DNA of 64,000 bases from an uncultured Nitrososphaerales archaeon (GTDB taxonomy: Archaea > Thermoproteota > Nitrososphaeria > Nitrososphaerales > Nitrososphaeraceae), in NCBI GenBank assembly GCA_963713605.1, contig CAVQMO010000010.1:928001-992000 (forward strand), in the 5' to 3' direction. Both the position numbers and the translations under genes were made by a program. How positions within the stretch are numbered: the first letter of the stretch is position 1; each line of letters starts with the position of its first letter. Shown here piece by piece: positions 47,374 to 58,043 of this stretch. The notes below the pieces were generated by a model, which saw nothing but the letters and a program-made list of their open reading frames with translations, was not told the DNA's origin and did no database searches.

Positions 47374-48390
47374 CTAGGCCAACTCTAAAAGAATTCTTCC
47401 GTCTCTATCACTTGCAAACAACGATTGTAGTGCTTCTTTAACACTTTCAAGTTTAAACCTTTTCCATACTCTAACTTTTAATTCCTTGGAGTTAGCAATA
47501 AGTTCGTGCATGTCCTTTCTAGTCCCACCAGTTGAACCTATTAGTTTAATCTGTTTTGTATAGAGAGACTGAACATTCAATTTAACATCTGCCCCAGTTA
47601 AACCACCGAATGTAACCCATCTTCCATTAATACCAACACAAGCAAAACTGTTATCCCATGTTCCAACACCAAGAGAATTGAGAACAACATCTGCCATTCT
47701 ACCTTCGGTTATTTCTTTTACTTGCTCTGGTACTTTGGCATAATCACTTATAACGTAGTCTGCTCCATAATCATTTTTTATCCAACTATCCTTGGAAACT
47801 GCAATAACCTTTGCCCCCATCTTTTTTCCTAGTTGTACTGCTATCATTCCTGTATTACCCGATGCCCCAAATACAAGAAGATATTCATTTATTCTTAGTG
47901 AGGCTTCTTTTAAGGCATGATATGGTGTTAATGAAGTCACAGGTAAGCTTGCAGCTATGTCCCAATCCAAATCGTCGGATATCTTAAATACATTTCTCTC
48001 AGGTACCGCTATATATTCTGCAAAACCTCCATTCGTGATTGCACCAATCAATCCACCATTTCTGCAAATCATATCAAGACCATTAAGGCACATATCACAT
48101 GTTCCATCGAAGACCTTATTATGTACAATCACTCTATCTCCTTTCTTAATTCGACCATTATCTACATGTTGTCCAATCTGTTCTACTATACCACTTGACT
48201 CTGCTCCCGGTATATGTGGAATAGGTTCTATTTTTGGTAATGCGCCAGAAACTACGAAATGATCTATCGGATTTATCCCTGCTACTTTGACCTTAATCAG
48301 TACACTGTGGTCATCTATTTTTGGTATTTCTATATTATCAATGATTGTTAAATTCTCTAAACCAGGCTTCTCAAAAATTGCCGCCTTCAT
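47374..48390 (-). CDS. Zinc-binding medium-chain dehydrogenase/reductase
   Basis: GINPID, PGAESSG, CDMC...C, FGASGNTG. Confidence 0.9.
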   Translation of the reverse strand: MKAAIFEKPGLENLTIIDNIEIPKIDDHSVLIKVKVAGINPIDHFVVSGALPKIEPIPHIPGAESSGIVEQIGQHVDNGRIKKGDRVIVHNKVFDGTCDMCLNGLDMICRNGGLIGAITNGGFAEYIAVPERNVFKISDDLDWDIAASLPVTSLTPYHALKEASLRINEYLLVFGASGNTGMIAVQLGKKMGAKVIAVSKDSWIKNDYGADYVISDYAKVPEQVKEITEGRMADVVLNSLGVGTWDNSFACVGINGRWVTFGGLTGADVKLNVQSLYTKQIKLIGSTGGTRKDMHELIANSKELKVRVWKRFKLESVKEALQSLFASDRDGRILLELA

Positions 48391-48738
48391 CTGTCAAACA
48401 GCCATCGGCACTTCTCCGATTTAACTTTTATCCATTATGTATTATCTATTTAGACGCAGAAGCATTCTTAGGACTCTATAACTAGTAATAAACAAAACAA
48501 GAGGATAGTTTAATTTAAATGTGGTCGGTGGAGGGAAATCTTAACGTCCTTCCACCAATTGAATTTTCGTCATTTACTTTCCTTTTGTTGCGTTCAGGAG
48601 TAGTTGACTTTCTTGTGGATATAGAATGAATTAGAGAAGACTCTGGGATTTTTAAGATGACTTTGATCATGTCTTAAATCTGGATTCTCTATAGGAGAGC
48701 AATACTTAACAATAAGCTTCAAAATACATAACCATACA

Positions 48739-48801
48739 ATGTCAAATGAATTCGATAATTCAGATGTAATAATTATTGGAGGAGGGCTTGCAGGCCTTAC
48801 T
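48739..48801 (+). pseudogene. N-terminal Rossmann (FAD-binding) gene fragment
   Basis: MSNEFDNSDVIIIGGGLAGLT, then the similarity ends. Confidence 0.6.
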
Positions 48802-48937
48802 CGTCTCTGCTTGCACGTTCTGGGAACTGAATTGTAAAGTGGATTAAGGGAGTCTATCCAGTTGATTATTTCATGTAAATCTCCTCATACATAATAAGCG
48901 AGTTTCCATGCTGTTTTCTAAACAAGATTGAGGCTTT

Positions 48938-50149
48938 TCAAGAATTCAGAGTATAGACTTTATAAGGCTTGTCAGTCCCATAATTGATATACTTCCATCG
49001 TCCTTCAGAGATCGACAGCTCCTGAAATTCTCTCTGCAATTTGCGGTCTAATGAATTATATACATTCTCTCCTACGGAGACTTTATTAGCACCTGTAAGA
49101 GAAGTTATCTTTGATGCCACATTCATGCTATATCCCAGTATGTCAATAGGCGAGAGCTGTTCATAACCAAACTGAACAATTGCGTTTTCTCCTGCATCTA
49201 TACCGATCTTGGGAAAGAGCTCAGGATACCTGTATATTTTGTGCAATATTTCATTAATCTCTTCCTTGACCGCATTGATCATCGATTTCCCACATTCAAC
49301 TGAAATGGATGAGGCATCATATTTGTCCTTCTTATTAAGATGGCATGGGAAAAATGAGATTACCCCATCACCTGCATATTTCAGGACATATCCACCATGA
49401 CTATCTATAACATGTGACATTTGATGGGCGAAAGCTCTAATTATTGTGACAAGGTTATCTATGGGTAGGGTCATGCTCATTTTCGTTGAGCCAACGAGAT
49501 CGGCGTATATGATAATGAGAGGAATCTTAGAACCGATATGTTTAAGAAGAAAGTCTTGACCACGTCTTACTGAAGTATTAATTATTTTCGGCCATAGGTT
49601 ATCTAGTATTAAAGGAGTATGTATTTTGTACCAATATACCATTGATTCTTCTTCCTGCATACTCCTTTCAAGTAGAGAGATATTCTCATGTTTTCGTGGC
49701 ATATCCATCTCTTGCATTCTCCTGATCAGTGAATCGTAAGCCATCAATTCATCATGTTCTATTGCGAAGTCTCGCCTAATTTGCACTAATTCATATTCTT
49801 CTGGCATAGAGTCTGTTAGACCGTTATCCTCTGTTTTTGATTTTACTTTCCTTGGAAGATTATTTCCATCCGGCAGCGTGGTAGATACGAATGATCGCGA
49901 TAAATCTGCCTTAACATCAGTTGGCTTTTCTCCCAATCGTATAATTATTTTTCCAAGCCTGCTTTTTTGAATATTTGTTTCTTTCAAGTGCTGTTTTAGT
50001 CTTTGTTTTACTTCTTGTATTGGGGTCTGATCCATTCTTGATATTATTCTATTTACTGACGCATTTTCAGTAGATAATGCTTCATTTAGTTTGTCAATTA
50101 GCTCTGAAAGTAATTGCATCTTATTATCATGGGCATTACTATAATACAA
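48938..50149 (-). CDS. DUF892 (YciF ferritin-like) domain fused to a class III adenylate/guanylate cyclase
   Basis: N-terminal ALSTEN, HLKET, EHDELMAY, QEE; C-terminal YADLVGST, LKYAGDG, KIGIDAG, DILGYSMNVASK. Confidence 0.85.
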   Translation of the reverse strand: MYYSNAHDNKMQLLSELIDKLNEALSTENASVNRIISRMDQTPIQEVKQRLKQHLKETNIQKSRLGKIIIRLGEKPTDVKADLSRSFVSTTLPDGNNLPRKVKSKTEDNGLTDSMPEEYELVQIRRDFAIEHDELMAYDSLIRRMQEMDMPRKHENISLLERSMQEEESMVYWYKIHTPLILDNLWPKIINTSVRRGQDFLLKHIGSKIPLIIIYADLVGSTKMSMTLPIDNLVTIIRAFAHQMSHVIDSHGGYVLKYAGDGVISFFPCHLNKKDKYDASSISVECGKSMINAVKEEINEILHKIYRYPELFPKIGIDAGENAIVQFGYEQLSPIDILGYSMNVASKITSLTGANKVSVGENVYNSLDRKLQREFQELSISEGRWKYINYGTDKPYKVYTLNS

Positions 50150-50399
50150 ATACTTTTCATGTTTTACTATCTTATTTAAGATTGTTTCTCAAAGAGTCAG
50201 CAAGTTAGACATATTGATAGGGATTCGTTTTCTACAATAGATACTCAACCTACTCGATATCCCTACCTCAGTTTGTCTGACTTCTCATTGAATATCTCTT
50301 TGCCCATGAAATGTCTTTCCAAGGTTACAAAAATAAGAATTCCGGCAAGAACCATTGTATATGCTTGAGCTAATATGCTATTGTTGATCATGAATCATC

Positions 50400-50548
50400 C
50401 ACTAACTTGAAATCTCCTCCTAAAGATTTTTTAGGTAGAAGCAATGTAAGTTCGGCGGTAAGATTACCTCCTACACTATCCCCGACTACTTCCATCCATC
50501 CAAGACGGCTCTACATTGATGGATTTGCAATTTCGTAGCAGGGTACGC
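50400..50548 (-). pseudogene. Fragment of an HSL-family esterase
   Basis: KSINV...VVGDSVGGNLTAELTLL on the minus strand. Confidence 0.55.
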
Positions 50549-50695
50549 CTGTTCCGGCGCAATAGGATATTTTGCTTCAGGAGATAGGATATAATATGCG
50601 TAATATATGTATTGACTAGCTCTACTAACTATATATACTATATATACTATAAATACTAACTATATATGCTAGATGCAGTCATTGTTATCGTATAA

Positions 50696-51522
50696 ATGAC
50701 AAAAATGAAACCTTTTGGTTTATTGTGTCTGAGTATAATTCTACTTCTGAGCTTTATGTCATTGACATCTTCCGGCTCCGCCACACCAGAGAATAAAACA
50801 TTAATGCAACCTCAAGAAGTACAGGATATGGCAACAAACGCTACGAATATCGTTTTAGTCCATGGTTTATGGGCTGATGGATCTTCATGGAGCAAAGTAA
50901 TTCCTATTCTACAGAACGCAGGTCACAAAGTTATTGCAGTGCAACTTCCTGCCCATTCTCTGGCAGATGATGTGGAAACTATAAAGCGTGCAATTGAGCT
51001 GAGCTGGCGGACCAACAATACTTGTGGGACACTCATTCGGTGGATTCGAAATCACTAATGCCGCATATAATAATCAAAATGTAACAGGGCTTGTCTACGT
51101 TGCGGCCTTTGCTCCTGATGAGGGTGAATCTACCGAGAATTTCGTCGATGTTTCAAAATTTCCTCCAGGATTATTGGTTCCTGATAGTGGAGGATTTTTC
51201 TACCTAAACCCTGAGATGTTCCACGAAGCGTTTATTCAGGATGCAAATGCGACTGAAGCTGAAATTTTGGCCGCCGTAGCAAAAGCCAGCTCATCAATCA
51301 CTTATACCCGAAAAATCTGGCCCTCCTGCTTGGAAGGAACTTCCCACATGGTTTGCGGTGTCTGAGAACGACCACATTATCCCTCCTGATGCACAACGTA
51401 ATTTCGCAGAACGAATGAATGCTACTACTATATCTCTTAACTCTAGCCATGCATCGCTTGTAACACACCCAGATGAGATCGCCGAATTAATCCTAAATGC
51501 AACCAAAGGGGTGACAAAGTAG
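50696..51522 (+). CDS. Secreted alpha/beta hydrolase; two frameshifts
   Basis: [34 protein letters not shown]. Confidence 0.85.
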
Positions 51523-51523
51523 C

Positions 51524-52345
51524 ATTAGCACAATCATTACCAAGGACGGGACTGAAATCTACTATAAGGACTGGGGCAAAGGTCCCGTCGTAACTTTTTC
51601 GCACGGCTGGCCTCTGAGCGCAGACGCTTGGGATGGCCAAATGCTGTTCCTTGTGCAAAATGGCTTTCGCGTAGTTGCTCACGACCGTCGCGGTCATGGC
51701 CGGTCAAGTCAGGCTTCTTCGCGGAATGACATGGATGGCTATGCAGATGATCTTGCAGCCGTGATCGAAGCGCTTGATCTCAACGATGCAACGCTTGTGG
51801 GGCACTCCACTGGCGGAGGTGAAGTCGCCCGCTATATCGGTCGCCATGGTACAGAAGCGAGTTGCCAAGGCTGTTCTGATCGCGGCTATACCCCGATCAT
51901 GGTTAAGTCCGATACCAATCCGGAGGGTCTACCGATAGAAGTGTTTGATGACATGCGTTCGAGTCTTGTCAAGGATCACTCGCAATTCTATAAGGATCTT
52001 GCAATGGCGTTCTATGGTGCCAACAGAGAAGGTGCCAAGGTCTCCAAGGGAATCCTGGATCAGTTCTGGCTTTGGAGTATGCAAGCCGGCCTCAAGAATG
52101 CCTATGAAAGCATCAAGGCCTTTTCCGAGACTGATTTCACCGAAGATCTCAAGAAATTCGATGTCCCAACTTTGGTTATGCATGGTGAGGACGACCAGAT
52201 CGTTCCCGTCAAAGATGCAGCTAAGAAATCAGCCAAGCTCATCAAAGGCGCGAAGGAAATCTACTATCCTGGTGCGCCTCATGGCCTCACTGCCACACTT
52301 CAGGATCAGGTCAACGCCGACCTGTTGTCCTTCCTAAAGTCCTAG
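51524..52345 (+). CDS. cpo: Non-heme chloroperoxidase/arylesterase-like alpha/beta hydrolase; ATT at the expected start and a compensated internal frameshift
   Basis: [60 protein letters not shown]-richer than flanks. Confidence 0.85.
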   Translation: MSTIITKDGTEIYYKDWGKGPVVTFSHGWPLSADAWDGQMLFLVQNGFRVVAHDRRGHGRSSQASSRNDMDGYADDLAAVIEALDLNDATLVGHSTGGGEVARYIGRHGTEASCQGCSDRGYTPIMVKSDTNPEGLPIEVFDDMRSSLVKDHSQFYKDLAMAFYGANREGAKVSKGILDQFWLWSMQAGLKNAYESIKAFSETDFTEDLKKFDVPTLVMHGEDDQIVPVKDAAKKSAKLIKGAKEIYYPGAPHGLTATLQDQVNADLLSFLKS

Positions 52346-52422
52346 ATGTTTTGTTCCTTCGTATGGGACTTTAACGCTTGTATGGGAAAAGCTATAATGA
52401 CACTAGTTTTAGAATATCCAAT

Positions 52423-52867
52423 ACCCCTTATTGCATTTTCCGCAGGTATGGGACCATTTTTCCATATGTTAGCATTTCTATCTTCTGCAGAACTATGTGC
52501 TACGAGCTCCAGTTCTAACCCATCAGGATCGTGAAAAGTAATTACTTGCTCGTCATGAACCTTTTGTACGGTCCTTTATACTCTATCTGTCTATTCTTGA
52601 ATCTATCTATCCAATAGTTTATAGAATTCTCAGGTATCAGAAAAGATGCGGCTATGACCTTGCTGGTTCCTCGGTGTCCTTTAGGAATATTTGGCCAGTG
52701 GAAAAATGTTAGAATAGTACCCGGACGTCCTAACTCGTCACCGTAATAAGGATGGTATACCGTGTGGTCATCTTGATTTACTGTTAGTTTTACTAGTCTT
52801 AGTCCCAAATCACCAGTGTAGAAATCTAGTTCTTCTGTGGATTGCTTGTTATTGCTGTAACATGATG
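52423..52867 (-). pseudogene. N-terminal half of a second MhqO-like ring-cleaving dioxygenase
   Basis: HHVTAITSNPQ, LRLVKLTVNQDD, DPDGLELELVAH...AIRG; close to 45539-46603. Confidence 0.8.
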
Positions 52868-52957
52868 TTCAGCTCCCTCTTTAGCAAGAGCAATAGCGGT
52901 TGCTCTACCGATTCCTGAGCTGCCACCCGTCACGATCGCTATTTTCTGATCTGTCAT
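52868..52957 (-). pseudogene. N-terminal 30 codons of an SDR, joined in frame to the dioxygenase fragment
   Basis: MTDQKIAIVTGGSSGIGRATAIALAKEGAE. Confidence 0.8.
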
Positions 52958-53756
52958 ACTTTCATTATAAGAAACTAGTATTATTTATCGCTGGTGGGAC
53001 TAATACTCCAGATTATGGACAAAGAGATCAGAATACTGACTAGTATTAATATCAATAGCATACTTCGGATAAATTATATGACATATGAAAACACGCTTGA
53101 AAACTATCACAGACGACCAGGAGTAAATTTGTACTGGTTGTTGACCGTCTCTATCAGTCGGTATTCATTCTAGATATATTTTGAATTAACGTCATGGTGT
53201 ATGAATTAGGTGGGTAAACGACCATGAAGAGACCTCATGGCCGCCCACCAAAAATGACTATGGTTTCTCTCAGCAAGATAAATGGAGATTAACTTTAAGT
53301 CCGTTTCGTCTTTAGTCTATATAGTGCTGTTTGTACTACAGAATCTAAAGAGAAATTAAGTTAAAGTACATTTGTCTGAGTGATTGTGTAATCCACTAAG
53401 TCTCATGGGCACGACATACATTACTTGGCTTTCAGGGTCGCAATACCCTGGTTTCCGTGCATTTATTTCAACATATACTCAAGTGCTTCGATTGGACTGG
53501 CATGGACACGTTAAGATAAGCATGTCTTATCATGTAGTATAATAGTTTATGTAGTTCTATATGCGTCTAACTTCCGAGTGTCAACAATAAACCCCGTAAT
53601 TTTCAATTCGACTTTATCGTGCAGATATTGTCACCGAACTATCACGACCGTCATTAATGAATGTCTCACAGTTTCCGAAAGCAAGTATTCCTTCAGGATT
53701 AGTACATGCAAATACCGAGTTTCCTTGATTTTGTGGGATGTTAAATGTGCGTCATA

Positions 53757-54060
53757 CTCTGGACATCGAAGCAGCAATACTTACTCAAGAAAGAGGTCAA
53801 GAAATGTTAGCTTGGTCTACAACTACGATGATTGGAAGAAGTATGGGTATTGATGTTGCATGGGGAGATACCTCAAAGTTTGCTATTTCTATTACCCAAT
53901 ACAGAAACAAGGTAGAAAGTATTCTATGCAGAGAGCTTTGACAAGCCACAGATGGACCAAATAATAAATCATATACTACAACTGAAGCAGAAACACCATA
54001 TTACGAAGTTGTACGTAGACGGGGCAAATCCTGAAGTCATTAGGGAGCTAAAGAGAAGGA
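53757..54060 (+). pseudogene. Nuclease-domain segment of a terminase-large-subunit-like gene
   Basis: RSMGIDVAWGDTSKFAISITQYRNKVE/...FDKPQMDQIINHILQLKQKHHITKLYVDGANPEVIRELKRR, with an RNase H-like acidic pattern. Confidence 0.65.
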
Positions 54061-54125
54061 TGGTTGGCTTATTAATCATTATATCCCGCATAGATATATA
54101 CTACAACAGTTAACTTGATATACAA

Positions 54126-54495
54126 ATGAGTCAGGAGAGACCGTGAAGCTTGAGAGATGGTATCAATCTAACAGCAAAACCGACCGGTACAGGTTGTGTT
54201 GACTGCTTAGGAACGGGCGGCTGGTGGCTACACCTCCGCAGATGCGCTGAATGTGGGCGAATTGGCTGCTTGCGATAACTCGCCAAACCAACATGCCTCA
54301 AAACACAATACGAGCACAGGCCATCCCATTATCACGAGCTTCGAGCACGGGGAGAATTGGTTCTACGATTACCGCACACAAGATTTCTTTACCGGGCCTA
54401 AGCTACCAGACCCCCACGCCCATCCCTTGGACCAACCCGTGCCTGGACCGGCTGGGCGGGTGCCCGCAGAATGGCAATCGCTCCTTCACGAATAA
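54126..54495 (+). CDS. UBP-type zinc finger protein; early in-frame TGA and a frameshift near 54270
   Basis: GCVDCL...WWLHLRRCAECGRIGC/CDNSPNQHASKH...GHPIITSFEHGENWFYDY; GC-richer than flanks. Confidence 0.85.
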
Positions 54496-54850
54496 AGTGC
54501 AAGTTGGTATATCATAAGAAAAGATAGAGTAGTAGTCTACATTGGTCTTATAATTACGCCATAATGGGGGGTTACAGTATTAGAGCAGGCTATGGATCGA
54601 AAACTTCTACTGTAGTTGAATAGATTACTTGACGAAAGCCTATTTGGAAGGTCCAGAGAATCTTTTGATGGTGAGTAAATACAATTAAGGTGGTCAAAAT
54701 ATCGATAGTAGTGCTAATTGTAATCAAGGGTTGGATGTTTATATTTTTTTTTATTTTTTTTTATTTTTAAATAAAAATAAATAAAATCCAATCCTGTAAA
54801 TAGTAGATATCGTTAAATGAATACAATATGAAGACTGCAAGAATTGTTAA

Positions 54851-54951
54851 CAACAATTTTAGATATCATACCCTATGATATGGTTCTCATTCTAATATGC
54901 TTGACGTATTGTTAAATCGTATGAATTGCTGTAGGGTACTATGGTTGGATC
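54851..54951. repeat. ~100-bp repeat with a 45-bp identical core, copy 2
   Basis: See 33230-33330. Confidence 0.85.
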
Positions 54952-55848
54952 GAATCGATCGAGGGAACAAAATAAGGAAAAAGAATCGAACTTCTACTTG
55001 AAATGTAATCATAAATAGAATCTATCTATCTATTGCCGTGATTGTTGTCTAATTGATGAAATTATTGAGCTCAGGCGTTATGGCAAACTATGAATCACAT
55101 GTGTTCTGAAATATACGAACTCGTCATAGTTCTCACATATCAGTGAAAACCTAGACATTAGTAAACAACAATTGAAATCCAGATTCAAACCAACAACCAT
55201 TCGAAAAAGTGGTTTATGGTGCGTTGTAAAAAAATTAAGAGGGTTGTTGTAACTGATTTGAGTTAGTCTATGGCCTAGGTATCGAGCTAGGGTTATCAGG
55301 GATACATACATCTAGCCCCGTGAGAACCCGTTTGATTCTCGATTGGGCTTCCTGGTCTCCCCGGGAAGTGATCGTTACCTATTATTGGAAATCCTTCAAC
55401 TATGAAAGGTGATCGCCGTTGCTGGTTGTTCCAGGGCCATCATGCGGACGAATCGTGTATTATTACTGATTCACACGTACAACTTACCCCGGTGTTAAAT
55501 TGGCGGACGACTACCCAAAAAAAGTGAAATTAGTTTGAAAACCAAATATAGCCTTTTATATTTGTGGATTTAAACTGATCATGAAGATTGGTAGGGCTAA
55601 AATTGAGTGCAGATGCGATAGAAGGCATGAATCCTCAACTCTCAATATGGTTAAATCATGAATATAGGATTTTGAACCTAGTTTATACAAAATCAGCATT
55701 TTTGGATGAAGTATTATAAAAGTTTTATATGTAAATCACCATTTCTGAAAAAAATATAACTTGTATAAAATGGTTGATTAACGGTATCAATTAAGCGAGA
55801 TCATCAAGGAAGATAAGCAAAGCAGATGTAAGTATCTGTGTACAAGAA

Positions 55849-56386
55849 TTGAAAAAAGAAAGAAATGTATCAATAGAAAATATATTCGAAGCGTTATCGG
55901 ACAACAAAGCATTAGTTTTGTTCAATACTATCGCAATTACTACAGATGTCGACAATGGTGGTAATAATAGTCAAATTCAAATTCGAAAGTTGGGACTCAC
56001 AACAAGACAATACTACTCTAGAATAACAAGGTTAACAGAAACTGGTCTAATTAGAAGACAATGTGGCCGATATTCTCTAACTCTATTAGGTAAGATGATT
56101 TATGATATTCATATTACAGCATCCAGAGTTCTGAGTTACCACTGGAAACTCAAGGCAATAGAATCTATCCAGATGTCAAATCCTGTAGGCGGTACCAGAG
56201 GAAGAATTCTCTAAATTAGTTGATGCACTGATAGATGACAACAAAATAAAGAATATGGTTGCAAAAGCAATTTACCCCCAACTGACAAACAATGAAAAGT
56301 ATCCAAGACAACAACAACAAGAAGAAGAACCGCAATCAATCAAAGTACAAGCAGGTACAATGCGGCACCTCCACGGGGAGGTCTAA
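55849..56386 (+). CDS. Winged-helix DNA-binding protein; frameshift near 56190
   Basis: LGLTTRQYYSRITRLTETGLIRRQCGRYSLTLLG; shifted tail PEEEFSKLVDALIDD. Confidence 0.7.
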
Positions 56387-56701
56387 TTTACAGAATCTGG
56401 CAACATATTGCGGACACCATTATGTTGACTTGCGAATATAAACCTCCTCGAACATAGGGCCTACGTTGTTTTGCTTACTTAAAAGAAGCAAAATCATAAT
56501 GTCTTTTTATGAGTTATTTTCATTATTTTAACTGTGGGCAATGTGTGCGTTAGTATCTAGAAAGGATACTTAGTCCTCTTTTTGCACTCTCAACTGATTC
56601 CATTTACAAGGATATGTTCAGGATACAGTTTCCGATTATTTGCTCGAATTATACTTTACTAAGTACTGAAACATCACTCTAATGTTGGTACTTTCTATAA
56701 T

Positions 56702-57121
56702 TTGTCACTCTACGAAGTTAATCAAGTATTATTAGTACAAGCAGTCACTAAGAAGGGAGAAGGAGCGCCTACAACTTTTAAATTCTGTAGGCAGTACTTC
56801 TCTATCTTTGAAATTCATGCCTGTAAATGCAGACAGGGAGGGACCACTATCTATGCATTAAGATTTAAATTGCCTACTAAAACTTGGAACATCATGATAG
56901 CATCCAACATAGAAAATCATGGCATCATGCTAATAATTACTGGAATTGTATTTGCTTCTGTACTCTATCCAGAGGATACAAAGGCCTCTATATTGGGTGG
57001 AATAGATGAACCAACTGGGTATGCTTATGGTGACGTGTTCAATGCAGAGGAGGAAAATGCAACATTCACTTCAGAATTAAATCAAACAGCAAAAGAAAAT
57101 AATACTAGAACCCAAAAGTAA
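56702..57121 (+). CDS. Hypothetical protein; only the 3' half looks coding
   Basis: Hydrophobic segment and acidic/Asn tail in the second half. Confidence 0.3.
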   Translation: MSLYEVNQVLLVQAVTKKGEGAPTTFKFCRQYFSIFEIHACKCRQGGTTIYALRFKLPTKTWNIMIASNIENHGIMLIITGIVFASVLYPEDTKASILGGIDEPTGYAYGDVFNAEEENATFTSELNQTAKENNTRTQK

Positions 57122-58043
57122 GCGCTCATTGTCTCCTTGTTACTAGTTCTAGTATGCCTCATTCCAACTACACGATCTATTGCGATTAAGAAGTTAAACT
57201 TTGAATTCAGTAGTATCTACACACAAGTCCTTTTCATAGATAGGCGACCACCAACTTTAGCGGCCATTCTTCCTTGTAAGTCGTCAAGAGTCATTTTAAG
57301 ACGTGGATCCGAGTCTTGATCACGTAAACTAGTATCAAATTTATCATGGATTGACTTAACCTCAGCAATATGGGAATTAATTATGGAAGTCATTCTTCTT
57401 ATTTAGTGATACACAATGTCCTGCGTTATGACTTCACTGCAAACATCAGCTCGGAGTAGAAATCTGATGTCGTGTCCAATAGATCTTCGTAGGCATCTAT
57501 CTGTTGAGATGACAACGAGTACCTATTTAGAACTCTAACTTAGCTTAGCTCTTACTATATTTGATCTCAGATTGTTAGAATTCATGTTCCACATAATTTG
57601 CGAGGTGTAAATTCATTCCAGATTATTTTCACTTAGAGATTTACACTCTATATTACCGATATAACGTGTCCGTTACTGGTATGCTCCTTTAACTTAACAA
57701 ACTTTATAATCGACACGGGTGAAAAATCGGGTGAAAACCGACTGCCTGCTGAATTCGGGTCACGGCGTGTTGAATTAGGGGTATGCTACAATTCTGCGAG
57801 TAGACAAACCAAGAATGACAATTTCATCAAAGATTACAAGCAAGCTTTTCGTATGATAGAATGTGACCATGATTGACGCAAGACGCCTGGTATTCAGAAC
57901 AAAATCGATATTCCAGCCACTCAGTCGGCGGGAGGCAATCATGAACAGTACCCACCTTCCGCTTCTCGTCATCCTAGTCGTCGTCTTGGCGCAGCACGCG
58001 AGCATCTTCATATCGTCGGGAGGTAGTTCTGATGGAGGGTACC

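Noticed and set aside
3311..54060. An intact prophage
   Set aside because: No capsid, portal, tail or integrase genes were recognised; only short relics interspersed with metabolic genes.
54144..54146. In-frame TGA in the UBP zinc-finger gene as selenocysteine
   Set aside because: It lies in the non-conserved leader rather than at a Cys position, and a TTG start follows two codons later.
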